In this document: positions 29,343 to 39,165 of the stretch, piece by piece
How the letters are laid out: each line of letters starts with the position of its first letter
How positions within the stretch are numbered: position 1 is the stretch's first letter
Origin: an uncultured Phascolarctobacterium sp.
Lineage (GTDB): Bacteria > Bacillota > Negativicutes > Acidaminococcales > Acidaminococcaceae
Reading direction: 5' to 3'
Assembly: GCA_964595445.1 (NCBI GenBank)
Contig: CAZQQK010000002.1
Span: forward strand, 1 to 39,546
Length of the DNA stretch: 39,546 nucleotides
Made by a program: the position numbers and the translations under genes
The notes under the pieces: generated by a model
Database searches by the model: none
Seen by the model: the letters and a program-made list of their open reading frames with translations, nothing else
Told to the model about the DNA's origin: nothing

Positions 29343-30244
29343 TGTGGCTTTACTATTTATTAAAGACAATGAGTACCGTAATATCTTGGCTGCCGTATAG
29401 GGCAATCGTGGTTATTGGGAAGGGTGTGGGTCACTTATATCACAGGATAGCAAAGAAACAGCGAATACGTGCTGAAGAAACTATTAGTGAATGTCTAGGG
29501 TACAGCAAGGAGCAGGCACAGGCAACAATCAAATCTTTATTTGTCAAGTTGGGAATTACTTTTATGGAAATTATGTATATGCCTGCTTTGAATAAAGATA
29601 ATATACGTGGATTGGTAACTTTTGATCGACCAGAAGTTTTATGGGATGCCTTAAATGAAGGAAAAGGTGCAGTGATGCTTGCCTGTCACATGGATAACTG
29701 GGAATGGTTGGGGGCAGGACTTGCTTTGAATGGGTTCCCCTTAAGTGCGGTTGAAAAACCCCAGCCAAATCGTATTTACAGTGATTTTATGAATGAACTG
29801 AGAGAAGGTGCAGGGCAGGAAATTTTTTCACGCGGAACCAGTGAGATTCTCGGTTGTGCAAGAGCGATGAAAAAGGGCAGAATGTTGGGCTTGATTGCTG
29901 ACCAAGATGGTGGTTATGATGGTATATTTGTACCTTTTCTTGGGAAGATGGCTTCAACGCCGGCAGGTCCTGCTTATTTTGCCCGTAAGTTTAAAGCACC
30001 GATAGTTCCTATTTTTATTGTGCGCAAGCCAGATGGTTATGGGCATACAGCTATTGTAAAAGATCCTATTTACTATGAATTTACTGGCAATAAAGAGCAG
30101 GATGATTATAATGTTACCCTGAAAATGACACAAGAGGTTGAAAAAATAATCAAGGAATATCCAGATAATTGGTTATGGTTCCAGCATCGCTGGAATACAC
30201 CTTATACACCACCGGAGGAGGAAAAGCAGGCAGATGAAAAATAA
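29342..30244 (+). CDS. lpxL: Lipid A late acyltransferase (LpxL/HtrB family), copy 2
   Basis: CHMDNWE, LGLIADQD, YPDNWLWFQHRW; TAATG overlap with kdsC. Confidence 0.85.
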   Translation: MWLYYLLKTMSTVISWLPYRAIVVIGKGVGHLYHRIAKKQRIRAEETISECLGYSKEQAQATIKSLFVKLGITFMEIMYMPALNKDNIRGLVTFDRPEVLWDALNEGKGAVMLACHMDNWEWLGAGLALNGFPLSAVEKPQPNRIYSDFMNELREGAGQEIFSRGTSEILGCARAMKKGRMLGLIADQDGGYDGIFVPFLGKMASTPAGPAYFARKFKAPIVPIFIVRKPDGYGHTAIVKDPIYYEFTGNKEQDDYNVTLKMTQEVEKIIKEYPDNWLWFQHRWNTPYTPPEEEKQADEK

Positions 30245-30788
30245 TAAGATAATCTTATTTGTGCTGACCGGGTTGCTTATTGCCGGTGGCATTATCGCTT
30301 GGCTTATGTTAGGTGGCAATAAGCCTGTGACAATAAAGCCGGGTGATGGTATTACTGCACAGATAAACGCTTCATTAAAAAACAGCGTTTTGAAGCGTGA
30401 AAAAGATGGAAAACTTCTTTGGGAGTTTTCAGTATCTGAGGTTGTAAGTAATAAGTCTGATAATACAGCTTATTTGCATGGAATCAAAGGTAAGGTTTAT
30501 CGCAGTGATGGCAGTTATATAGATATTTCTGCTGATAAGGGTATGACTGAAATAAGTAAAAATAAATTTTCGCTGGAGGGAAGCGTAAAAGCTATACTTA
30601 ATACTGGCGGTGAACTTTATGCTGATAAGATTGTTTGGGATCAGGATAAGAATTTAGTAACAGCAAATGGTAAATTTAAGATGCGCCAAGGTGATTATAC
30701 TGCTGTTGCTGACAGTGCAGAGACTACGAGTGCTTTTCAGCATATAAAGCTTAGAGGAAATGCTAAAGTTGAGAAAGGTGGCGAATAA
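30234..30788 (+). CDS. lptC: LPS export periplasmic protein LptC
   Basis: Single N-terminal TM, beta-jellyroll motifs (GKLLWEF, SLEGSV, LYADKIVWD); first gene of the lpt block. Confidence 0.8.
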   Translation: MKNNKIILFVLTGLLIAGGIIAWLMLGGNKPVTIKPGDGITAQINASLKNSVLKREKDGKLLWEFSVSEVVSNKSDNTAYLHGIKGKVYRSDGSYIDISADKGMTEISKNKFSLEGSVKAILNTGGELYADKIVWDQDKNLVTANGKFKMRQGDYTAVADSAETTSAFQHIKLRGNAKVEKGGE

Positions 30789-30789
30789 G

Positions 30790-31560
30790 ATGTCTTATAA
30801 AAATAAATTATTATTGGCTGTTACTTCTGTTTTATTGGCAATGAATTTAACGGCTACAGCATTTGCTGCACCGGATAATTTCAGTGTTCAGGCTGACGAA
30901 TTGGAATATGATCTTGGAAGTGGTGAAGCACTTGCAAAAGGTAATGTAGTATTGAAACAAGACGGTGGTGTTGCAACCGCTGATTATGCAAGTTTTAACA
31001 GTAAAACAAAAAGCGGCGTACTGACAGGTAATGTTGTTGCAGATAGAGATGATGCTCATATTGTTTGCAACGAGTTTATTGTTCATAATGAAAATGATTT
31101 ATCTGCTGTCGGCGGTGCTGTAATTACTAAAGCTGGAAAAAGTTTGAGTGCAGAGAGAGTTGATTATTATAAAGGACGGCAGTTTGCTGAAACTGCTGGT
31201 GGTTGGGCTAGACTTACTGATACTGACGGCAGTGTAGTAAATGCAGCTAAGATTGATTATAATATGGCAGAAGGTGTAGCCAACGCTTATGGTGGAGTAA
31301 CTATTAACAGTACTGTACGTAATCTTGAAGCTTCCGCTGACAGTGCTGTATATCGTACTGATAATAATGGTTATATTGAGTTGATTGGCAATGCTAAAGC
31401 TAAACAAAACGGCAACAGTGTTTCTGGTGATAAGCTGCGTTTGACTAATACTAATGTGGCTGTTGCTGAAGGGAATGTAAATATTATCTATATTCCGGAA
31501 AAACAGCCTGCACTTATTGGTAAAGAGCAGAAATCTGCTGATGAAAAGGCTCTTGCCTAA
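30790..31560 (+). CDS. lptA: LptA/OstA-family periplasmic LPS transport protein (elongated)
   Basis: Signal peptide ending AFA, repeated ADxxxY..GNV units; ATG 30790 preferred to 30760. Confidence 0.82.
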   Translation: MSYKNKLLLAVTSVLLAMNLTATAFAAPDNFSVQADELEYDLGSGEALAKGNVVLKQDGGVATADYASFNSKTKSGVLTGNVVADRDDAHIVCNEFIVHNENDLSAVGGAVITKAGKSLSAERVDYYKGRQFAETAGGWARLTDTDGSVVNAAKIDYNMAEGVANAYGGVTINSTVRNLEASADSAVYRTDNNGYIELIGNAKAKQNGNSVSGDKLRLTNTNVAVAEGNVNIIYIPEKQPALIGKEQKSADEKALA

Positions 31561-31578
31561 GATGCGGAGGACACAGTC

Positions 31579-32298
31579 TTGATTATTAGAACAGAGAATC
31601 TGGTGAAAGTATATAATACACGTCGTGTAGTTGATGGAGTAAGTATAAGTGTTGAACAAGGCAGTGTTGTAGGTCTTTTAGGGCCTAATGGCGCTGGTAA
31701 GACAACAACATTTTATATGATAGTAGGTATTGAACGCCCTAACAGTGGAGTGGTTACTCTTGACGGAAAGGATATTTCTTCAATGCCTATGTATGAACGT
31801 GCACGTGCGGGTATTGGTTATCTGCCGCAGGAGGCTTCTATTTTTAGTAAAATGACGGTAGAGGATAATATTATGGCTATTTTGGAAACCACTGGTTTGA
31901 ACTCTGATGAGCGCCTTGCAAAGATGAACGCACTAATTGAAGAGTTTCGTCTTGAGCATGTACGTAAAAGTGAAGGCAAGGCTCTTTCCGGCGGTGAACG
32001 TCGTAGAGTAGAAATTGCACGTGCACTGGCTACAGATCCAGCCTTTATTTTACTTGATGAGCCTTTTGCTGGTATTGATCCTATTGCTGTGGCAGATATT
32101 CAGGGAATGATTGCTCATTTGGCTCAGCGGGGGATTGGCATTTTAATAACTGACCATAATGTACGTGAAACATTGAGTATTGTAGATAAAGCATATATTT
32201 TAGCTGATGGTAAAATTTTACTGCATGGTGACAGTGAAACAATTGCCAATGATCCTATTGCCCGTAAATACTATCTGGGTGATAATTTTAGCATGTAG
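31579..32298 (+). CDS. lptB: LPS export ABC ATPase
   Basis: [57 protein letters not shown]. Confidence 0.97.
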   Translation: MIIRTENLVKVYNTRRVVDGVSISVEQGSVVGLLGPNGAGKTTTFYMIVGIERPNSGVVTLDGKDISSMPMYERARAGIGYLPQEASIFSKMTVEDNIMAILETTGLNSDERLAKMNALIEEFRLEHVRKSEGKALSGGERRRVEIARALATDPAFILLDEPFAGIDPIAVADIQGMIAHLAQRGIGILITDHNVRETLSIVDKAYILADGKILLHGDSETIANDPIARKYYLGDNFSM

Positions 32299-32312
32299 TA
32301 GGAGGAAGAAAA

Positions 32313-33404
32313 GTGCGATTACGTTTATTAGACCGTTATGTATTGAAGGAGTTGTTGTATCCTTTTATTTTCGGTATAGCGGCTTTCTCCAGTATTTTTA
32401 TTGCCAGTACGATGCTGTTTAAAATTACGCAATACATGACTAAATATGGAGCACCTATAGAAACGATAGCTCGTTTATTTATGTATAATATGCCTGAAGT
32501 TATCAACTATACCTTTCCTATGTCTATGCTGTTGGCAGCTTTAATGGCTTTTGGCAAGTTATCAGGCTCCAGTGAAATTACGGCAATGAAAGCTGGTGGA
32601 GTGAGCTACTACCGTATTGTTGCACCTGTCTTGGTTGTAGGTTTTGTTGTTAGTATGTTTTCGATGATTTGGGCAGAAAAAGTTGTACCGGTATCTAAGG
32701 CTACAGCTTCGAGGATTTTAAGCGAAGAAATACGTCATAATACTAGACCGACAACGCAGGATCATATTGTAATAAAAACTATCAGCGGTGATACACAGCG
32801 TGTTACTTATGCGAATAAATTTGATGAAAAGCAGGGTAAGATGACTGATATTACTATAGAGGAGTTTAATAAGGGAAAGATTTCTCGTATTCAGACAGCA
32901 AAAGAGGGTTTTTGGGAAAACGGGACTTGGCGTGTTGTAAATGGTAATGTTTTTGCTCTTGATGATGAAGATGGTGTACAAAGCACTGCAAAATTTAAAG
33001 AGCAGATTATTCCATTGAATTTTTCTCCTAAGCAGATTTCTTGGGAGCAGAAAGATCCTGAAGAAATGACCATTCGTGAGCTGCGTGAATATATAGGTAT
33101 GTTGGAAGCACAGAATTCATCTACAGCACGTCAATGGTGTGAAATTTTTATGCGTATCAATATTCCTTTAGCAAGTTTCTTTTTTGCTATGATTGGTGCC
33201 TGCTTGGGAACGCAGAAACAACGTACTAGTTCTTCTATTGGATTAGGCATAAGCATTATCGTTATTTTTATTTATTATGCAGTAATGACATTTACGACTG
33301 GTTTGGGTAAAGGAGGAGTTATGCCGCCGCTGTTGGCGTGTGCTCTGCCTAATATACTTTGTTTGGCAACAGGTATTTATCTGATGCAGAAGAAGAATGT
33401 CTGA
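32313..33404 (+). CDS. lptF/lptG: LptF/LptG-family LPS export permease (single copy here)
   Basis: LLDRYVLKE, SEITAMKAGGVS, 3 TM + jellyroll + 3 TM, LPNI; GTG start after GGAGG. Confidence 0.92.
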   Translation: MRLRLLDRYVLKELLYPFIFGIAAFSSIFIASTMLFKITQYMTKYGAPIETIARLFMYNMPEVINYTFPMSMLLAALMAFGKLSGSSEITAMKAGGVSYYRIVAPVLVVGFVVSMFSMIWAEKVVPVSKATASRILSEEIRHNTRPTTQDHIVIKTISGDTQRVTYANKFDEKQGKMTDITIEEFNKGKISRIQTAKEGFWENGTWRVVNGNVFALDDEDGVQSTAKFKEQIIPLNFSPKQISWEQKDPEEMTIRELREYIGMLEAQNSSTARQWCEIFMRINIPLASFFFAMIGACLGTQKQRTSSSIGLGISIIVIFIYYAVMTFTTGLGKGGVMPPLLACALPNILCLATGIYLMQKKNV

Positions 33405-33436
33405 TGTTTTTGTGAGAATTTTGGGGAGGTGAGTAC

Positions 33437-34606
33437 TTGGTAGGTATAAGATTAATTGTTATTATGGCTGTTGTCGGTGGCTTAATTGCTTATATTGCGG
33501 ATAAAATGGGAAGCAAAATAGGTAAAAAACGAATGTCAGTATTTGGACTGCGCCCTAAATATACTTCTATTTTGCTTACGGTACTCAGTGGTACAATGAT
33601 TGCTGTTCTTACTATAGGTGTTATGGCGGGAGCCTCGCAAAGTGCACGTACTGCATTGTTTGGCATGGAAAAACTTCAGCAGGAGCTTACTTTATTAAAT
33701 CAAGAAAAAGAAACTGCTTCTGCTGAGTTGGATGCTCTTAAAGGCAAAGTGGAACAGCAGAATCAGAAAATTATTTCGCTTGATGAAAAGATTAAAGAAT
33801 CTGCTGCTGAAAATGATGCTATGGAAGCAAAGCTTTTTCAGTTAAATGGTATGTATAGTCAGGCTAAAAATGAAGTTAATTCTTTGACACAATCTAAGCT
33901 GCAGCTTACTGATGAAATTAACGATTTGGAACAAGTCACAGAAACTTTGCGTAAAGGTATTATTAATATGCGCGAGGGTCAAGTATATTATCGTGCTGGC
34001 GAAGTTGTCTTTGCTGGAGTAATGCGCGGTGGTCTGAAACATGAAGAAAATGTAATTCAGATGAATTGGCTGCTGCAAAATGCTAATGAAGTAGCTTTGC
34101 AGCGTTTGGGTGTACAGCAGACAGAGCAGTCGCTGCAGGCAATTTGGATTGGTAAGAATACAGTAGATAATGCGCTTGAAGCTTTGGATAAAAGTAAAGG
34201 TAATATGCTGTTTAGAATTCGCACTGTTGCGAATATAATTGTAGGTGAATTGGCAGTCTGTGATATAGAAATGGTAGATAATCAGTTTATTTACTCTGAT
34301 GGCAGTTTGATATTCAGTGAGCAATATAATTTGAGCACAAATTCACTTGACTATGAAACTGTTATTATGAATTTTCTTTCGCAGGTTAATTATAATGCTG
34401 TTAAGGCAGGTGTACTTCCTGATCCTATGACTGGTAAGGTTGGCAGTATGGATGCTGCTAGCATGATTGAAGTAACTAATGCTATGCGAAAAATAAAAGG
34501 CAGATTTATATTGAGTGCATATGCTAAGGGAGATATAACAACTGCTGGACCAGTTCGTGTAAAGCTGGAGGTGCTGCCTCTTGAAGAACAGTTATCTGGG
34601 AATTGA
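33437..34606 (+). CDS. DUF3084-like membrane-anchored coiled-coil protein
   Basis: N-terminus GGLIAYIADKMGSKIGKKRMSVFGLRPKYTS resembles DUF3084; two TMs, ~100 aa coiled coil, globular C-terminal domain. Confidence 0.8.
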   Translation: MVGIRLIVIMAVVGGLIAYIADKMGSKIGKKRMSVFGLRPKYTSILLTVLSGTMIAVLTIGVMAGASQSARTALFGMEKLQQELTLLNQEKETASAELDALKGKVEQQNQKIISLDEKIKESAAENDAMEAKLFQLNGMYSQAKNEVNSLTQSKLQLTDEINDLEQVTETLRKGIINMREGQVYYRAGEVVFAGVMRGGLKHEENVIQMNWLLQNANEVALQRLGVQQTEQSLQAIWIGKNTVDNALEALDKSKGNMLFRIRTVANIIVGELAVCDIEMVDNQFIYSDGSLIFSEQYNLSTNSLDYETVIMNFLSQVNYNAVKAGVLPDPMTGKVGSMDAASMIEVTNAMRKIKGRFILSAYAKGDITTAGPVRVKLEVLPLEEQLSGN

Positions 34607-34991
34607 TCCAGGACGAAGTAAATCTGGAATGGCATTAGTGGATGAACAGGGAAAAATAATTAAACTGCATATAGCACAGATGACAAGTTTTGCTGATGAG
34701 CTACGTAGTTTTATTATTGACAATAGACCTTCAGTTGTTATTATCGGTGATGGTACAAACCATGAAGCTGTTTCTGCTGCTGTACGCAGTATTTTGCCTG
34801 CTGTTTCTGTGAGCGTGGTGGGTGAAGCACATAGCACAGAGGAAGCTCGTTCACTTTATTGGAGATTAAATCCGCCTAAAGGTTGGCGTAAGTTTGTGCC
34901 GTTAGGGTTGTTAGTGCCGCCAGAAGCATTGGATGCTTATGCTGCTGTGGTTCAAATTCAGCGTTACTTGGAGCAGCGGACAAGTTGTTGA
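34581..34991 (+). CDS. YqgF/RuvX-like RNase H-fold nuclease
   Basis: LGIDPGRSKSGMALV, IIGDGT, EAHSTEEAR, DAYAAV; TTG after GGAGG, overlaps the upstream gene by 26 nt. Confidence 0.82.
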   Translation: MKNSYLGIDPGRSKSGMALVDEQGKIIKLHIAQMTSFADELRSFIIDNRPSVVIIGDGTNHEAVSAAVRSILPAVSVSVVGEAHSTEEARSLYWRLNPPKGWRKFVPLGLLVPPEALDAYAAVVQIQRYLEQRTSC

Positions 34992-35025
34992 TTATTATCT
35001 AAGAGAGTTTTATTAAGAGGTAAAT

Positions 35026-35658
35026 ATGAAAAAGTTGACTGATTTAAGTAGCAGAGAATTTTTAACAGAATTAGCGAGTTCGGCTCCTGTTCCCGGCGGC
35101 GGCGGTGCTGCTGCACTTGCGGGAGCACTTGCAGGGGCACTTGCTTCTATGGTTGCTAATTTAACAATTGGTAAGGAGAAGTTTGCAGCGCAGGAAGAAA
35201 CAGTCAGAGCATTATTATCAGCTGCTGAGGAAGCACGAGTAAAACTATTGGAGTTAGTAGAAAGTGATGCAGCTGTTTTTGCTGAATTTATGAATTGCTA
35301 TAAGTTGCCTAAGGCTACTGACGAGGAAAAAGCAACTCGTGCTGCTGCTGTGCGTAAGGCTGCAAAACAGGCAGCTGAGGTGCCTTTAGAAATAGCACGC
35401 GTAGCTATGGAAGTATTGCTTATAGCTGATAAGCTGGTACTTTGTGGAAATCCAGGAGTTATTACTGACGCTGCCTGCAGTGGATTATTAGCTCGTGCTG
35501 CTTTACGCTGTGCGGAATACAATGTACGGATAAATTTAGGACTAACTAAAGATGAAAGCTATAATGAACAGATAACTGCGGAGCTTATATCTATGCAGCA
35601 GAATGCTTTGGCTGTCGAGGAGCATCTTTTGGCTGTTACAGATAAGGCGATGAAGTAA
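35026..35658 (+). CDS. fchA: Cyclodeaminase/cyclohydrolase family (FTCD_C; probable methenyl-THF cyclohydrolase)
   Basis: LASSAPVPGGGGAAAL, MVANLTIGK, EVPL, GNPGVITDA, NVRINL. Confidence 0.85.
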   Translation: MKKLTDLSSREFLTELASSAPVPGGGGAAALAGALAGALASMVANLTIGKEKFAAQEETVRALLSAAEEARVKLLELVESDAAVFAEFMNCYKLPKATDEEKATRAAAVRKAAKQAAEVPLEIARVAMEVLLIADKLVLCGNPGVITDAACSGLLARAALRCAEYNVRINLGLTKDESYNEQITAELISMQQNALAVEEHLLAVTDKAMK

Positions 35659-35708
35659 AATTTTAACTAGACAATTTTGGGAAACGGGTTATTCCTGAAT
35701 AAATTTAT

Positions 35709-35765
35709 AAAAGCACAACAAAATCATTATACCTTTTAGGTAGTAAATGGTTTTGTTGTGCTTTT
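35709..35765. terminator. Bidirectional intrinsic terminator between convergent operons
   Basis: AAAAGCACAACAAAATCATT ... AATGGTTTTGTTGTGCTTTT 20 bp stem with an inner TACCT/AGGTA stem. Confidence 0.8.
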
Positions 35766-35803
35766 GCTTTATTTTGTCAGGTATATATGCAGATGAAAAT
35801 ATT

Positions 35804-36442
35804 TTATAATCCAGCCTGTTCAATACCGCTGAATAAAAAACCTAAATGGTTGGTTGAATTTAATAAAACTATACGCCAACAGTTGTTTTTATACTCTAAG
35901 ACGTTTATACATGTATTATCCTGCTTAATCTGCCAAAAATGTTCCATTCCTAAGCCTAGAATATCGCAGATAATAGTTTTATTGACTGCATCATGTGCTG
36001 CTACTAAAATCGTTTTTTCAGGATACTTAACCGTATAGTCATTAAACGCTGCACGAACGCGTTGTCGTACATCTTCTAGACTTTCACCTCCATTAGGCAT
36101 TTTTACTAAATGTGGCTGAGAATGCCAAAGAGAAAATTCTTTAGGGTATTGTTTTTGAATATCCTGAGCAAGTTGCCCTTCCCAACTTCCATGATTTATT
36201 TCTAAAAGTCTGTCATCAATAGTTACAGACAGTTGATGCAGTTCTGCACAGAGTTTACAGGTTTTTAGAGAACGTTTAAGCGGACTGGAGATACATATAT
36301 CAATAGGAATATGCCTTAATCCTTCTGCAAGCAGATATCCTTGGCGTAAGCCTCGCTGGCTGAGCAGGGTATCTTCTTGCCCTTGATAACGACCATCTAT
36401 ATTCCACTGCGTTTCACCGTGTCTTACTAATATAACTTTCAT
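35804..36442 (-). CDS. pspA: Histidine-phosphatase-family phosphoserine phosphatase (PspA type)
   Basis: RHGETQWN, RYQG, SSPLKR, EINHGSWEG, GESL, LNSTNHL; last gene of the serC-serA operon; ATG 36442 follows GAGGG. Confidence 0.8.
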   Translation of the reverse strand: MKVILVRHGETQWNIDGRYQGQEDTLLSQRGLRQGYLLAEGLRHIPIDICISSPLKRSLKTCKLCAELHQLSVTIDDRLLEINHGSWEGQLAQDIQKQYPKEFSLWHSQPHLVKMPNGGESLEDVRQRVRAAFNDYTVKYPEKTILVAAHDAVNKTIICDILGLGMEHFWQIKQDNTCINVLEYKNNCWRIVLLNSTNHLGFLFSGIEQAGL

Positions 36443-36443
36443 T

Positions 36444-38030
36444 TTATCCCTCACAGTTAATAAGTTTTACATCCAGAATGCCTTCAACACCGCGTAGTTG
36501 CAGCATGATGTCATTGGGAATGTCATCTCCGACTGCTATAGCCATAATATTAGTATTGGATTTTGGTGTACTGCCTACCTGCATGCTATTGATATTAATG
36601 CCGGCTTTTCCCAAAATTGTTGCCATCTGTCCTATCATATTAGGTTTGTTGATATGTGGAGCCAATAATAAGTAGCCTTTTGGAGTGAAATCTACATGAT
36701 ATTGGTCTATTTGGACAATTTTTGGCTGTTTACCGTCAAACAGAGTACCTTCAATTTTATGTGAACCTTTGTCGGTGATAATACGTACATTAATAGCTGT
36801 AGTGAAATAACCAGCTTTATTTGCTTTAACTTCTTTAACTTCTAAATTACGTTTTTTAGCAATGCTGGGGGCATTAACAAAATTTACACTGTCCTGCAAA
36901 ATAGGGTTTAGCAATCCTTTTAGGAAGGCAGTTGTGAGAGCTTGTGTTTCTGTTTCAGCTAAAGCACCGGTATATTCTACTTCAACACTTTTTATTGGTC
37001 CGTCTGCAAGATATATGCCAACAGTACCCATACGTTCTGCTAGTTTGAAGTACGGCTGAATAACTGCTGCTACACTTTTCGGAATAGGCGCCATATTAAC
37101 AGCGGTCATTACTGGTCGACCTTCTAATGCATCAATAACACCATATGCTACATCAACTGCTACACCTATTTGTGCTTCGATTGTAGATGCTCCTAAATGT
37201 GGAGTTTGTACTACATTAAACAGACCAAGAAAAGGATTATTTTCTTTTGTTAATGGTTCTGTAGGATAAACGTCAATAGCTGCTCCTGCAATCTTGCCGG
37301 ATTTTAAGCCGTCGGCAATAGCTTGAGGGTCCATGCAGCCACCACGAGCACAATTGACTATGCGTACACCGTCTTTCATTTTAGCGATAGCTTCAGCATT
37401 CAACATTTTTTCAGTTTCTTTAGTTAACGGTGTGTGAATGGTTATATAATCAGATTTTGCCAGTAAGGTATCAAAATCAACCAAATCCACACCAACCTGA
37501 TGTGCTCTATCTTCTGTTATATAAGGGTCATAACCTATTGTTGTCATTTCCATTGCCTGCATACGTTTAGCAACTCGGCTGCCGATACGACCTACACCGA
37601 TAATTCCTAAAGTTTTTCCTTGTACTTGGATGCCATCAAAGGATTTACGATCCCACCTGCCTTCTTGAATAGATTGATGTGCTTGGGGGATATGACGTGT
37701 CATAGCCATCATCATAGCTATAGTATGTTCAGTTGCAGCCATTGTATTGCCCTCGGGTGTGTTTAAAACTACAATACCTTTAGCAGTAGCAGCAGGAATA
37801 TCAATATTATCAACACCTACCCCGGCACGACCAATAACTTTTAGCTTTGTGGATGCTTCAATTACTTCTTTTGTTACTTTAGTCATACTACGTGTGACGA
37901 GTCCGTCATATTTATTAATAACTTTTATAAGTTCATCAGGCTGCATGTTGGGCATTACATCTACATCAAAATGTTCACGCAGCAGAGCTACGCCTTTTTC
38001 GCTGATATCATTGCTGACAAAAATTCTCAT
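36444..38030 (-). CDS. serA: D-3-phosphoglycerate dehydrogenase (long type, ASB + ACT)
   Basis: GRAGVGVDNID, GVGRIG, NCARGG, TPHLGASTIEAQ, ACT motif NKPNMIG. Confidence 0.96.
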   Translation of the reverse strand: MRIFVSNDISEKGVALLREHFDVDVMPNMQPDELIKVINKYDGLVTRSMTKVTKEVIEASTKLKVIGRAGVGVDNIDIPAATAKGIVVLNTPEGNTMAATEHTIAMMMAMTRHIPQAHQSIQEGRWDRKSFDGIQVQGKTLGIIGVGRIGSRVAKRMQAMEMTTIGYDPYITEDRAHQVGVDLVDFDTLLAKSDYITIHTPLTKETEKMLNAEAIAKMKDGVRIVNCARGGCMDPQAIADGLKSGKIAGAAIDVYPTEPLTKENNPFLGLFNVVQTPHLGASTIEAQIGVAVDVAYGVIDALEGRPVMTAVNMAPIPKSVAAVIQPYFKLAERMGTVGIYLADGPIKSVEVEYTGALAETETQALTTAFLKGLLNPILQDSVNFVNAPSIAKKRNLEVKEVKANKAGYFTTAINVRIITDKGSHKIEGTLFDGKQPKIVQIDQYHVDFTPKGYLLLAPHINKPNMIGQMATILGKAGININSMQVGSTPKSNTNIMAIAVGDDIPNDIMLQLRGVEGILDVKLINCEG

Positions 38031-38046
38031 GATTATTTTCCTCCGT

Positions 38047-39117
38047 TTATTTATTTTTCATATAATCCAGCATAAATTCTGCTAAGGCTTGGCAGGCTGT
38101 TAGTGGAACTGCATTGTAGGTGCTGGCACGGCAGCCGCCTACAAGACGATGGCCACCTATACCTATGAATCCAGCTGCTTTTCCTTGAGCAATAAAATCT
38201 TTTTCCATTTCAGGAGTTCTTAAATTAAAGGTTATATTCATCATACTGCGGAAATTTTTTTGTGCATGACCTATATAAAATCCATTGCTGTTATCAATTA
38301 CGTCATATATTAATTTAGCTTTAGTTATGTTATTTTTGGCTATATAGTTGACACCACCTTGTTTTTTTATCCAGTGCAACGTTTTATTAATCATGTAGAC
38401 AGCAAAAACTGGAGGAGTGTTATAAAGAGAATCATTATCAGCGAAAGTACTGTACTTCATCATGGTTGGAAGGTTTTTTCGTGCTGTTGATAAAAACTCT
38501 TTTTTTGCTATTACGATTACCACTCCAGCTGGTCCAAGATTTTTTTGAGCTCCGGCATAAATTAAATCAAAATCAGCAACATTAATTTTACGGGAAAGAA
38601 TATCACTGGACATATCGCAGATGACAGGGATGTTAAAATGGGGAAAACTTTTATATTCTGTACCATAAATAGTGTTATTAGAAGTTAAATGAATGTAGGA
38701 TGTTTCATCCTTTAAACAAAAAGTCTGAGGTATATAGCTGTGATTTTTATCAGTACTGCTGGCTGCTTCATATACTTCACCATAATATTTAGCTTCATTC
38801 ATTGCCTTTTTTGACCATACGCCGGTATTAACATAAGCCGCATATTTTTTTGTATGGAAGTTGGCTGCTGTCATTAAAAACTGTGTACTGCCGCCGCCTT
38901 GAATGAACATTATCTCGTAATTATCAGGAATTTCCATTAATTCACGCAGTAAAGCTTTTGTTTCTGTATGCATGGAAATATATTCACTGCTTCTGTGACT
39001 GATTTCAATAATACTCATACCACTGTTAGCATAATTGAGAAATTCTTCTTGAGCAGAAAGCAGTACTTCTAGTGGCATAGCTGAAGGACCAGCATTAAAA
39101 TTGTAGGCTCTGAACAT
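38047..39117 (-). CDS. serC: Phosphoserine aminotransferase
   Basis: NFNAGPS, SHRS, QGGGSTQF, NNTIYG, DMSS, YAGAQKNLGPAG, NTPP, GHRLVGGCRAS. Confidence 0.97.
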   Translation of the reverse strand: MFRAYNFNAGPSAMPLEVLLSAQEEFLNYANSGMSIIEISHRSSEYISMHTETKALLRELMEIPDNYEIMFIQGGGSTQFLMTAANFHTKKYAAYVNTGVWSKKAMNEAKYYGEVYEAASSTDKNHSYIPQTFCLKDETSYIHLTSNNTIYGTEYKSFPHFNIPVICDMSSDILSRKINVADFDLIYAGAQKNLGPAGVVIVIAKKEFLSTARKNLPTMMKYSTFADNDSLYNTPPVFAVYMINKTLHWIKKQGGVNYIAKNNITKAKLIYDVIDNSNGFYIGHAQKNFRSMMNITFNLRTPEMEKDFIAQGKAAGFIGIGGHRLVGGCRASTYNAVPLTACQALAEFMLDYMKNK

Positions 39118-39165
39118 AAAAAAACTTCATCCTTTCTTTTTGAGTGTATAAATAGATTACTGCCT

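Noticed and set aside
35113-35144. GCACTTGC repeated three times at a 12 bp period
   Set aside because: Simply encodes ALAG-ALAG-ALA in a conserved helix of the cyclodeaminase family.
176-35522. Many 60-220 aa antisense and alternate-frame ORFs (e.g. 10908-11579, 31099-31659, 16601-17104)
   Set aside because: They lie within or opposite well-supported genes and show no recognisable motifs; they are shadow ORFs expected from codon bias.
35709-35765. Long hairpin as a possible MITE or small RNA
   Set aside because: Single copy in the window, no target-site duplication, and positioned as expected for a bidirectional terminator.
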